A DNA stretch of 64,000 bases from Perkinsus chesapeaki ATCC PRA-425 (Eukaryota; Protista; Perkinsozoa): assembly GCA_013115145.1 (NCBI GenBank), contig JAAPAO010000114.1, positions 8,385 through 72,384 of the forward strand, in the 5' to 3' direction. Made by a program: the position numbers and the translations under genes. This document shows, piece by piece, positions 21,529 to 34,789 of this stretch. The notes beneath the pieces were generated by a model. That model saw only the letters and a program-made list of their open reading frames with translations. It was not told where the DNA came from and searched no databases. Every line of letters begins with the position of its first letter. Position 1 is the first letter of the stretch.

Positions 21529-22209
21529 TACAACGACCGTCATGCGTACACCATATTATGTAGCCTAGCGGACTTAATGCAGTCTGAGGATTCCTTAGCC
21601 CTCGTGAGTCGATCTGCGCAAGTGCCGCCTGAGAACAAAGTGTTCCCTACTTTTCATGAATAGGGTTCCTATCGTAGTGTTGACGATATCCGCAAAGGTA
21701 TTGCTTCACATTTGGTTATTCATCCGCCTCGGTTGTTGCGTTGCTGTTGTCGTAGAGCTCATAATGTTGGCTCTAAATCACGGCAAAAATGATTCGAGGA
21801 ACTTCTCAAAAGTGAAAATGATGATGATGATGACGATGACGATGACGATGAACTACTATTCCACAACGAAGCACGGCAGCGTTGAAGTTTTACACGCATG
21901 TGGTGATCACATGATGACGAGAAAGGTCACGCTGAATTTAAGCATACGATAATTTTCAATACGATTACCTGCAATTGGGAGCTTCGCTCGAGTAGATTGT
22001 ACACTACAAACACATTTGAATTCTCAAGTATGCAATGCATTACGATCTTAATGAGATAGTGATCATCTTCACTAACCTCTTCTACACGCAGTTTCAGAGC
22101 TGAAGATGCTATACATATGAGGAGGTTAGACTTCCGAAGTACTCTCCGAGAGACACAAATCCAACTCAGGGCGTCAAATAGGCTCTTTTCGAAATACCAA
22201 CTCTCAGAA

Positions 22210-23616
22210 CTTGTGGCTACGACGCATGTATTCTGTATCAGAGAAGCAATTTTTAAGAGCCCAAAGTTGGGTATCTCTGTCTTTCCGACTTTCTGAATCT
22301 TTGCGAATTCACCCTTTAATTACCGGCATGAGGGAACGAAATGATGGAAAATAGTAATGCTGGATCATCGGAGCGAGCATTGAATACCCGCTCCAGTTTG
22401 AAATTTCTGGAGCAAATTCACTAGAAGGAGCATCTCGGATCTTGCATGCGTAACTCGGGGAGCTCGATTGATGTGAATACTGCTGAACACCCACTTTATT
22501 AACTGTACCAACGAAAGGCGAGATGAGAAATTGAGGGAGCTAGATCTATTTTGTGAGTACACCAGAGTCCTCAACAAATGAGAGGCGCGGCCTTGCGGGC
22601 ATTCCTCTGAGAGCAGTCCTCTCTTGAATAAAGTCATCCAGCACGTTGACAGATGATGGTAGGTTAATATATAAAGGCGAATAGATAAAAATTCTCTTCT
22701 TCTGAGAAAACGACACATCCTGCTACATTCCGCAAATCTTTAGGTTTTTGGCTCACCCAGAACCTTCTTAAAGTGAAGTTTCTCATAGGAGCCGATTTCA
22801 ACATACTTGTGTCTATCCACGGACGCAACCATGGCAAGGATCTGAGCTGTTGTCCTACCCTAAATTACAAAAGCATACCTTGAGCAAATTAGACTGAGGA
22901 TGACGAGAAGCGAATGCTAGTAGGATGACGCTACACCCACAAGTCTCTGCTACGGAATCCTCTTTGGGTAAGGTATGGAGATTATATTGCTGTTATATAA
23001 TGACAGTATCATGATGACACTCGATCGATTCTATAAGCTCCGCGGTTACCACTCGTAGATACCACTCGTATCATATCAGCAAACTTTATTACGGAATCAA
23101 TGCTGATTTGAACAAGCTGGGTGTGAATGCCTTGTCCGCGAGCCGTTTGGGAGACGTAGACCTGAAAAATACCTAAAACACTTTGCACAGTGTATGATGA
23201 AGACACCATCAACGTTTAGTGAAAAGTGAATCCGTGAACGAATTCCAGGAAGTGAGGACCTCATGTTTCGATTCACAGAGATCGAGAGCCTAGGTATTTC
23301 TATCAATTAGCCGAAGACAACTTTCTAAGTGATAGCCGTGAATCACGGGTCTTCATCGTCACGGCCCGTGATGATGAAGATGAGCCGGCCAAGCAGTTTG
23401 CCCTTACCTCTCCTAGATACCCGAAAGTTCCTTCCTTTTTCGGGTTTGGCCTGAAAGGGACTCCGATTGGAAGACAAATGAGCGGCGGTGAACATGAGCT
23501 GTGTTATACATCGCTTGCCTCACAGCATCCTCCTCCTTTTTGGTCAGAGTACCATGTATACTGAAGTCGATGAATCCAAGGACAGCCTGATGATTGGTGA
23601 GAGAGTGGATATACAC
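22210..23616 (-). CDS. Multi-exon GNAT-family acetyltransferase-like gene (boundaries approximate)
   Basis: GNAT motif A-like IFQVYVSQTARGQGIHTQLV (~23110-23170) and motif B-like SYEKLHFKKVL (~22765-22800) in GT-AG-bounded exons. Confidence 0.5.
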
Positions 23617-23882
23617 TGAATGCTCCTAAGCTGTGTCTTACTTAAGGACCTTTGCTAGTGTCAACCGCTACATAACAGGGAATCCCTTCCTTGTCATCAC
23701 AGCTTGAAACCATATCACACCCGGTACACTCGTCGCCCTTCACATAGGGGTGATAGAAAATCTTTCCGGTTACCGGTAATACGAGAAGTATCGAGAAGTA
23801 GACCCCAAAGATCCTCATTTATACACTCCGCGTCAAATTCTTATCAACTCGCGTTTTTCAAGGGTTTAAGAACAACTAAGGT

Positions 23883-24284
23883 GTGCTCGTCAACGATTAC
23901 CTCAAGGATATGTTCCCTAGTCAAAGTAAGTATATGCTCCAAGTTTCAGAGCCAAACCCCTTGTCAGAAGTGAGTAATCGAGAATTTTGTGAAAAATCGG
24001 TCCGACACATTCTTAGAAACCGCAGCTTAAAATTCATGGTTTTGTTAGGGAAGTATATTAAGGCAGATCATTCAGACCTAATCACATACACTATTGGAAA
24101 GCTTATCCTTCCTCCACTAAATGATATGAGTCACTATTCGCGCCACTGGTACTCTCCAGAGGGGCCGAGAGGCTCCATCAAGAGTGATCATCCGGCGAGA
24201 TCACTGAGTGATCCAGATCATCGACTTGATCCATCCATTAGGATCCACATACCGGCCATTGGTCGGGGCCCAGGCCGGCGCTAG
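23883..24284 (+). CDS. Unknown ORF or exon cluster
   Basis: 133-aa ORF with plausible composition; no recognisable motif. Confidence 0.25.
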   Translation: MLVNDYLKDMFPSQSKYMLQVSEPNPLSEVSNREFCEKSVRHILRNRSLKFMVLLGKYIKADHSDLITYTIGKLILPPLNDMSHYSRHWYSPEGPRGSIKSDHPARSLSDPDHRLDPSIRIHIPAIGRGPGRR

Positions 24285-26459
24285 ATACGCTCTTGAGAAG
24301 CTGAACCCACTCAGTTTACCGAGCTCAGCCTTGTTCCAGTGGGACTTTCAAGCCGATGTTTCAACCGAATGTCTTCATCGACTCAGGGCGCTGTAGAAAA
24401 GTTTTCACCCCTTCTCAACGAGTAACTCACTTCTCCATTCGTTGGTGCCAATAAACTTACCGTTCCCTGACGTCTAACAAGGTGAATAGGATCTGGCACA
24501 TTAGACTCGCTGGAGGCTTCTGTTCCAATGTAATGATTTGCTAGGCGATTCGCAGTCGTCATCCTCGAGTACTCCTGCTACCAAACGGGGCTTGAGCCCT
24601 CTGGCTTTCTTGCAGACCTCGGACACATGGGCATGCTTCAACAGCTCGAACCTTTTCTTCAGACACTCCTCTTCATTTATTATGACACATAATTTATAAG
24701 CTTATGATATCCGGCAGCCGAATTCCGGCTTGCAACGTCCGTTTGTGTGGAGAACGCATCCGCTCAGTAGGTTTAAGCTCCGAACGCTTCTTCCTTAATT
24801 CAGTGTCGAACCACTGTGGTCCTGCATTCGTCCTGCAAGGATTCTTCGGCGCTTCTTTGGACTTGGTGTTATTGCTGCCACTTGTACCCTGGCAATTAGG
24901 GAATCACCGGTTATGTCTATGAGCGACGTTCATAGAAATAACCGTCGCTCATTAAGTGATGTCTTGTGTCTACTTTCTATGCTACCTAATCTAACCACCA
25001 TCTAATGCAGTGGATGCAAGACCACTGCTTCGATTGGCGCGTATGGATCCTTCTGCAAGGAAGAGGTCTGACACAAGTTTCCCAAGCCTATTAAACGTCG
25101 AGTTTTCACAACTTGTAAATTACAAGTGTGATGTAAGGGATTCCAATGGGGGACTTGCTGACCCAGTGCTATCGCCACTACAGAGCAGTCTTTCCTCGTG
25201 TTACAAAGGGATTTCAGAACAGAATTAGAATGAAGATGCTATAATGATACTGTTCCTAAATTGCGCCACTGTTAGATTCCAGCTTTCGCAACCAAAGTTT
25301 CGCTACTGCAAACAGATATATTATGTATATGTTCATTTCCCATATAAAATAAGAGTGAGTCATGATGATGGCCATTGGCAATTTACCAATCATTGGTGTA
25401 GCAGTATGAATATCTATATATTTGGCCAGCGCGGCACAATGCCCGTTTGCGAGGGATTACAATGCGAAGTCGACTGAAATACACGACAGTGCAATGGACT
25501 GTGTGCATATCGGCAAGCTGACGAAAATTGGTCATTATTATTCGCTATACCCCATTTCCTAATAGAGTCACAAGCTATGACTCACAACAGCTATAGCATG
25601 GCTTTAGATCGCTCTGATCAAAAAACAAGGACCTTGCGTGGTGTTCTACTGCGTATACAAGTTCTATGCATCGGCTTTGCATTAGTCTGACATCCATGTC
25701 ATATAACAGGCTCTGTTAGCAGCCTTTAGAGAGCTTAGTTTTCACAGCATCCTAAACGTCATCCCGTCATCGGGCTAGTGGTTCCTGCTCATCCGGCTCG
25801 CTCTCTCCAGGTTGCTGTTGAGCGGGTTGTTGCTCCCCTTAAATGTAAGGTTGTGTATATTTCCTTGTTGTGTTGTCTCATGAATAAAGCCGCTATTGAA
25901 ATCATTCCTCGCATTTTACTTATCCTCAACTTCTAGAACTGGTTTCAGACTGTTTAACGAGATTATATCTCCGCTGGTATGTTATCAAGCCACTCATCCT
26001 CACGGAACATGTCTTTGTAACTCACCGTCGAACTGAATGTGGTTATTAACTGACATGCTCTCGTCGTTCTCGCACTACTTTCTCGTGCCCATTGACAGTG
26101 ACTAACTCTTGTAAAACGACACACTCTCAAGGAAATCAAAGAAACCATGATTATAATAATTATTAAAAACTCAACGTGTCACTCGACCATAAAATCCAAA
26201 AACCCTCGGCCTATGCCAACTTGACCATCGACAGCCACTTATCTGAACCGGAAATGATCTTGGTACTCGAGAGGCCGGGGAATGTAGAATCCACGAGAAT
26301 TCTCTGAATCTCCCTCAAAATATCTTCACTGAAAGTTACCAAAACGCATGCTATTCTCACTCAACTAAGACTTGGTCTCTTCTTACTCAAAACTTGCCAC
26401 TCACTCGGGGCTAGCAACGAGTTTTCTATCACCGCTTTCACAAAAATTCAGCGTTAGGG

Positions 26460-29400
26460 ATGCTCTTCCCGAGAAAAAGATAGGGCCTGACGAAGCCCCA
26501 ACTGACCAGAAGCTCTAAACTTCTTCTCGAACTTTTCATCGTTATGCTCGACAGACTTGATGTGACCCATCGGCAAATAAACCGACACGAAATGAGATGC
26601 TATCGCACAGCAATTCCCATCCGGAAACGTCGGTGCAAAAACGTTATATCTGACCAGAAAACGCACTGATGACAAATTTCTCCACCGGATTGAAACTCGA
26701 GTTTTTGAGGATTCACTGGCCAGTATTCGATTCAAACTACTAACGGTTACTAAACACCCTCGACACTAACTAAAAGATATCCATCTACCACCGCAATATA
26801 ATGTATCAATTATCTAGAGGTCGATAACTCGCAAAATGCCCAATCCCTTTGGGCATTCTCACTGCCAAGATCTAATATACTGAACGGCTGCTGCTTAGAT
26901 ACAAGCAACAGTTATATCAGTACTTTTAATACCCCTCGTGAACTACTTCAGTCTCCAAAACTGAAAAAGTGCTCCCGCAAAGAGACGAAATCCGCTCACC
27001 GCTATTCAAAAAAATTCATTACAAGTCATTCTTCCTCGCCTCCAATTCCTCGTCGTTTTCCTTAACAACCCTCACATCTCCAACAACCTTCACAAACTCT
27101 CCCAAGTCCACCGAGGAATCGGCCGGCAGAGAGATGACGAAATGAGACTTCGCGTTGGTCAACACGAATGGAATGGAGAATCTGAGCAGCAGCAAGCACA
27201 TAGAGTTACAAAAATATAAAATGACCAATTTAAGAAAAAAAGCAACTAAAAAGCAGCAGGTGTATTTTTTTTCACGATTCGGAGGAATCTTGGAAGACCC
27301 GACACTTAAATGTATACTTTAAATCCAAACCACTGTCAGCAGCTTTAATCTAACTCAGAGACATGACAGCTTCATCTCGAGTTCGCCAAAAAACTGCTTT
27401 TATTTTACTTCCGAGATTACAGTGTCAAATAGCCTCTTTATTGTTGACACTAAGATTGCTACGGAAGATATTACATCTGCATTCTCCTTGACAAGATCAG
27501 GTTAGTAGTATCCCCTCACACACAAAGGAAAGGAGACGAGAAGCATCTTTAGCAATATTCCCGAAAGCACGCTAGAAATAATTTACCACAGAGAAGTATT
27601 AAAAATAGAACAGGGAGATCTGCTAATTTTCCCAAGTCAAGACCAAGCCTGAGCCTGTCATTATATTACAGTAAAATCTGGTCCATAGTAGTATCATTAC
27701 TGCACCGCATGACAGTATCAAATTCATCAACAATAGGAGGACGCTGCAGACCAAACAAAGCCGTACCTGAATGATGATGATCAAGGAGACCCATACAGAG
27801 GACGATAAGATCGCCGGAATTTCCTAAAAAAGAAAATGAATGAGCAACTTGACAACATCATTGATATACGTAATAAATGCTATGCAACTATCTATACGAA
27901 ATATCTATTTCTCAAAAGTAATGATTCTTTATTCAGTCTGTCCTCTTCGACCAGGCCTGTAGAGGCGAGTTATTACAACTTCTTAAGCCCAGTTAAAATT
28001 ATCATATTAATAGAGATTATTTATAATTCTATACTTTAATAATTCTAATATATCATACTATTATTCATTCATAATTTATATAACAATTTACTCACAAAGC
28101 AAACTGCTGTTCTTACGCGGTCCGCTCTGTCGGCTCCTCTTCGGTCCACATGCCGCCACTAAATACTCCACAATAACAGACATATATCCCTTCATAACCT
28201 GAATAAAACCACCAATAACTTCCAGCGGTAGGTCGACAATACCAAAATGTGAGGTGCGAAGATGATGCAAAGCACATCGTGATTCTCTCAAACGATATGC
28301 CAGTTTAAGCATTACACCAATTTATGTACTTCCGATTTTACCGAGAACAGCGATCACCTTCAACTGTCCCCGAAGATTGCTCGGAAGAGAAACTCAGAAG
28401 AACGATCACATCACCGCCGCCGCCGCAGCCATTCGCAGTTCACGACCCAATGTGAACAGATTCCAGTGCATCGAAGGAAACCTACTACGGCCCCAGAACC
28501 TGGGTCCCTACCACAATACTACTATTTCGCTGAATTGCGAAAAGCCATTATTATCATCAGACAATTTATATAACGTGAGAACGATATATCTCATAGTAGG
28601 TAATAATTTACATGTCTCATCACTTTAAGTGCTGTAATGATTATAATACCAAGCATCACATACTTCTTGCTATTACGACTAACAAGAGTAAAATTTTGAA
28701 AAATATTTGTCAAATCCACCATAAGACACCTTTCGATGCCAAACTAATGTTCCCACAGTAACTAAAACTCGACCTTACCTCATCATTAGCCAACTGAAGG
28801 TATCGATCGTACTCTCCATGAGACTTCGTGGCTTCTTCCCGCAAGAATCTGAAATGAAAGACGCCGCACTATTACCAAATCCTGCACCTAGAACACTCAT
28901 AGCTCACTTCTCGGTGTATTGAGATTGATAACCAGGAGTGCTGCTGGGAATAATCACTGGGAAGGTGGTATACCTAACAAACAACCAACACTTGCAACAC
29001 CAGCATTAACAGCAACAACCATATCAGCAGTACAGCAAAGAATACTAATGAAAGCAATTTAATAATGAAAGCTACAAGGTACACATAAAATTGAGACAAC
29101 TCAATTGATCCATAATCGAGGTCGAAAAGTGCACGAAAATTCCTTCACGTTTTCTACATAAGAATACGATCCGAGTCTCCCTAGAATCGAGGCGATTTGA
29201 AAATGTTGAATTTAACTTGTAGAAAAACATCGAAACAGTTAAAGACGTTTAAAAATTGCTACTTATTCAAATCCTTTCTAGGCGGGAATTCCCCAAAGCA
29301 TTCTCCATCCTGGGGCCTCGCTTGAGCTGTTAATGCTGGTCGCTCCAAAGTACCCAAAGTATATCTGAACCGAGAAACGAAATCATCGACCATGTAGCTG

Positions 29401-32400
29401 GCGTGTGAAAACTGGCACGAGAAAAGTTGAAAAAATTTATAAATCAAAAATGGAGTTTACCCGGACTTCTCACACCTCTTGGTGTGGAATAAAACATGAC
29501 GAAATATTATGACAAATACTTCAATCCAAACTACAATACTCTAATCCAAGCTACTTACACCACAACAGAAGTACTCTCGAATATCTTCATAGCGAGGTCA
29601 CCACCATCATCTGCATTCACCGCCACTGAGATAGGTTGGTGCACATTCAACCACTTAGACACGGATTTTAGCGTGGCCTCGTCGATGGCCTAAAACATGC
29701 AACGATGTAATACTTTTTTAGTATTCAAATTACTCACTGGAATGTAACTAAAGAAACTAATGAGCTCGAAATGAATAGAATCATTCGAGTGTCACCAGCG
29801 GTGTGTGCTCGAGATACCAGCGGAAAAACACGACGAAAATTTTAAAGAAAAAGAATCATTTCCGAATCAATGAAATAATCTTACCTCCGGTGTCGTAACA
29901 TCCAAAAAACATTCTCTCCATTGTTCTGAAATATCCTCTGGAGGGGTGAAGCCCATTCTTATAGCCACGCGGGGATTCTCACGGAGTGCCTGAAAGAGCA
30001 AACATTCAGCAGCAGCAGCAGCAGAAATTTATTATTTTAAAAGCATTAGCTTATTGGTTTATTGACTACCAACTAGCAGTTAGTTCGAGACCACTACAAA
30101 TGATTTGGCCTCGTTTCAGCTCAAATACTTATAACACCAACCGACATAACATCATCGTTCACTCACCTTAAACAGATTTATCAATCACACACATCTACTT
30201 AGTTGCAGTTGCTCAACCACGATACTACTATAAATTATAATAATACTACTATAGTATTACTTGTACAGTGAGACTGCTGCTGTGCATACTGGACTGTTCT
30301 AGTGGATATTACTATTACAACATACATTATAATTATTCGGGCTACAAGATACTACGATATTATTACTCTAATATAATACTACTATTCACTCACCTCATAT
30401 CCGTCCAAAAGCGGGCCTTCGCTGGAGTTGTTCAGCAACGCACTACATTCTCCTTTAGCCAATGCTTCCGGCGCACTGTTGTAGACAGGTAAACCGGCGT
30501 ATCTTAGGTTGAAGCTGGAAGATTCCCGCAGAGGTTAAACAAGCTTACATTGACGATACATCTTCCTTGGTAACCTTCGGAACCACCAAATGACGGAGAG
30601 CTGTGCATTGACCCTTATTCTCGATACCTTATAATAGTAAGCAAAACCATTCCCGCTCATTTCGAGAAATACTACACAGACTACAATCTGGTGGCCTTTA
30701 ATTAGCATTCAACTAAATTACTCTTTAGTAATTCACCTACGCTTTTTAACATCACGACATTATAAAAGAGCATATAATAAAATGAATTTGGAATACAAAG
30801 TTAGGATATCTTTATTATTACTGAGAGCTGCATTTCCCAAGCCATTAAAGTATGTCAGCCGATGTGAATTTACCGATGAAATCCGTTGCGACTCCTACTA
30901 CTTGCAATGACATTAGCTTATATTCAAGATCTACCACTATTATAAATTATTCTAAATCGAAATCAATTCTCAACTAAAAATTAGCTAACGATAATAAGAT
31001 ACAAGACATACACCTCCCGACCTCGGAGTTGCAAAAATCCGAGACACTTACAATTGCTGATTCTCGCAGCCTCGGCAACTTTACTGTTAAAGGCAGTCGC
31101 TATCATAGTGTTTGGGCCACCGGTCGACGCCATCATTGAGCCTGATAATTTAGCAATCCAATGATATTCCAATCCGATGAATTCCGTAAGAATCATCCAC
31201 TAGAATTCAGAGCGACCAACTTATTAATGATACATTATTAATGGAAAATCGCTACATACCAACTTTCGGAAGATATAATTAGCTGATAATCGATTTATTA
31301 CTACGGCCCAACGCATCCCTTAAATGTGTAATTATCCGCACAAGCGAAAAGCCAATTTGAGCTGCAACATGAAAAGACGCCCACTCCAACTTTAGCGTGC
31401 AATACCCTACACGATAAATTCGATTTAAAACAACTCACCAACAACTGGTTTAATCTTCTCGGCAATCGCCCTCGATCCAGTGAAGTACATCGGTGATTTG
31501 GGGAAAGTTTGGTAGAGTTCCCGCTGCTCATTTACACCACAGGAGACAAACCTGACAACATCGATACGACGAATGGACTCAAGCAGCGAATGAGGCCAAG
31601 AGACCGTCGTGACTTTGAATGAATGCAAGATAATCCAACGGATCATTGTCACAACAATTGAATTACGCCCAGTTCGATATACCTTCCAAATACTATCCAA
31701 CGAATATTATCAGTAAAATGTTTTACATCACCGAGAATCTCAACAACGATTAAAAATATAAAGCATGTCATTTGACTAGATTCAGCATCAACTTCAGGGG
31801 TAGAGTAAAATGTCTCAAATTAGATGCAAGTTGATAAATGAATTTCCGTCCCAAGTGGCTTACGTGAGATATTTTGGATCAACTTGTTCCTGAATCATCA
31901 TTTGTAATAATAATTGAGCCCATCTAAACATATGCTGTGAAGTGTTACCCCTCGACATTATAACCACTGGGACCTAAACGTAATTATGGATACCAGCAGG
32001 CGATAGTTATACCTACGCGCGCGAAGTTTGAATAAACCGCAAGCTAAGCGGAGTGTGATAAAATCCAACACTATCTATCTTTATAAGATGCCTTTTTAAA
32101 TACACAAGTACACAGTTTGTACTCCCATATATTTCATGGATACTATTATACAACTAGCGACAAATGTTATTACTATAACAAATGCCTCAGCATCACATGT
32201 ACACTCGAAATTTTATCAGGGCTCAGCAGCAGTTTATCAGAACTAATCGAGCCCGCTGCCACAGCCCCGGTCATACCCCAATGATGATCAACTGGCCGAA
32301 TTGGTGCTGCGCAAAAATACCATAGAGACGCGGAATTGAAAAGTGAACGAAGTGCAAAATCGCTATTATTACTGGTACAATACAAGTAAATACAAATTAT

Positions 32401-34400
32401 AAATAATAAAATAGAATTTATCACATGCAACGAACACTTTGAAATTCAATGCTCGATAATCATTTGATTACATTGTAAATAAGTTCGTAAAAGTACACTG
32501 TGAAAACTGAGGTAGCATGCTTTTCATTACCAATATTACTAAAAGATTAAGTCACGAAAACACCAATGGTCGATTACGTTGCTTGAATAAAAACGTATAA
32601 ACCACCACCACCACCGATGCCTACTTACCCCAAGTTCAATATTCCTGATAGACTTCCGGAAAAGATCCAAAAAATTCGTGAAATTGCTGACACAACCAAC
32701 AAACGCAGGATAGCGGCGAATCTTGACATCTGAAAAAACAATTACAGAAAAAAAAACAAAAAAAATTACCTCCTTTTTTTTCGTCGTCGAAAATGGCGTC
32801 ATTAAATTGTCTCTCCACCGCGTTGGCTTCGACCGACTCAACTATCTCCGTCACACCTGCGAGGGGAACAGATGAGTATATCGATTACTGCAAGACGATG
32901 AAATCGAATGTGGATATCAAAGTAGTGTTAATGTGCGGAACTAGAAAACCAAGTTGATTCGTCCAATCAGAAAGAGTTTTCGGAACAAAACAAAAAAAAC
33001 CGAGGCGTGCAGCTGATTGCATAAGAAGGACGAAATAATAAGTTTCATATGATCCAGCATTTCCCGACAACGCAGTGTAAACTCACCGTCTTGTTTTTGA
33101 TAATCGATTGCTTGCGCACCGATGATCGCTCCAGCTCCGGGACCGGACAGGAACTTGGCTTCGATCTGCCGCATAGGCTCACGAAGGTCAACGGGAGGGG
33201 ACTGGGCCGAATCTGATAGAAAAATAGGAAATACGGCGAGTGGCTAATGATAGACCAATTGTGATGAAATGTAAATCAGCACGCAAATCATTACGATAAG
33301 CAATTTCTTACTATCGACGAGTTATTAACTTGAACTAGTAACGGGTTTGCCGAACAGCGAAAGTTTAGTCGATTCACAAATCAACGAGTAAATGGTATCT
33401 TTTTCACCTGTGAGATTCTTGAGGTGCTCTGTCACTTTTTCCATCACTTCCGGCGTCGCCAGTATTTGCTTGCCATTCACCTCATCTACAAAAATGTAGA
33501 CAAGACGGAATTCGAACTGAAGTTAGCTTACTAAAGGCATTCACAGTATCGACGGTTTGACCGTCACGAAGCTGCTCACCGGCGACGATCGTCACTATTG
33601 GATCTTCGGACCTGAAAAATGGACAAGATAACATGTTAGAAGCAAATTGATAATAAAAAACTGATAATTTGATTATTCTGAAAAAAAGCGAACAAATAAA
33701 TGATAAAGACGGAAATAAATAAATGATAAAGACGTGAATAAACAATGACAGACATTAGTAACTAACAAATACGAAACAAAGAAGGAATAACAAACAACTT
33801 GTTACCATAATTCCTTCTTAAAATTCTTAATATAATCGAGTGCTTGTCCTCTAAGTTCATCTTCATTAGCTTCTGGTCTATCCCTTGTAATACAACCAAG
33901 ATAATCATCAGTACCAAACAAATATTTCATATTCACCATGTTTAAGATAAAACCAACAAACAATGCAACGATTTAAAGATAAACAACGCTTATTTAAAAA
34001 AGCGCGCGCCATTGTAATCGATATCTTTATTTGGCGGATGCGATCTCAGATTGATTTTGATATGTGGAAAGACGGTATTACTCGAAATAGCATTTTGAGT
34101 ATATTAGCAATTGACAGATACACTCGGCGAGATTACCTTAATTGCATTATAAAATAAATCCAAGTTGGTGACGGGAAGTGATAAAGACTTTTATAAATTA
34201 CCGTGGGTGAATTAGTCAAAATCATGCCTCTGTTACTATCATTAATATTGATAATTGTGATACAGTACTATCACTTGGCAACAATGCTCACCAAAAGGGC
34301 AATATCTATTCACTGGGAAGGTTTGGGAGAATTTGCCGTCACGGTTTTTTGTGGCAGTTCGCCGACTGCAAAGCTCGTTTGGAGTACATACATAATTTAA
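26460..34400 (-). CDS. Large multi-exon ALDH-superfamily (aldehyde dehydrogenase-like) gene with long C-terminal extension; ends approximate
   Basis: Exons in order on the minus strand: [20 protein letters not shown]; [27 protein letters not shown]; [15 protein letters not shown] (ALDH FTGS); [12 protein letters not shown]; [17 protein letters not shown] (catalytic Cys motif); [12 protein letters not shown]; [14 protein letters not shown]; [18 protein letters not shown]; [12 protein letters not shown]; [17 protein letters not shown]; LFGLQRPP; PFVLTNAK; YLPMGHIKS. Confidence 0.65.
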
Positions 34401-34789
34401 TGGCCTGGATAGTGTTTGGTCCCGGACAAGGCAACTTTGATAGGAACCCGATTTATTTTGGAAATTCTTCCTGGTGAAATTTTCTATGGAAATTTCCTTA
34501 GTGGAATAGAAAGCGGATTAGTGCTTGAAACATCGTTAAATACGCCTCAATAGATTTAGGTCCTTCGATTAGCGAATTACAATTACAACGTCTTATTGCA
34601 TATTTACCGTCGATAACAACATATTACTTTGTCGAAGTAGAATCATCCGATAGTAATGCGCGAGCATTACTTTCCATACCATCTATTCAATCCATCCTTA
34701 TCCGAGCGCAAGGATTTACCATACTTCCTCCCTATCACGGCGGAACCTTCCATAAATCAATAACGTGCTCTTTACGTCGATCTGGAGAG

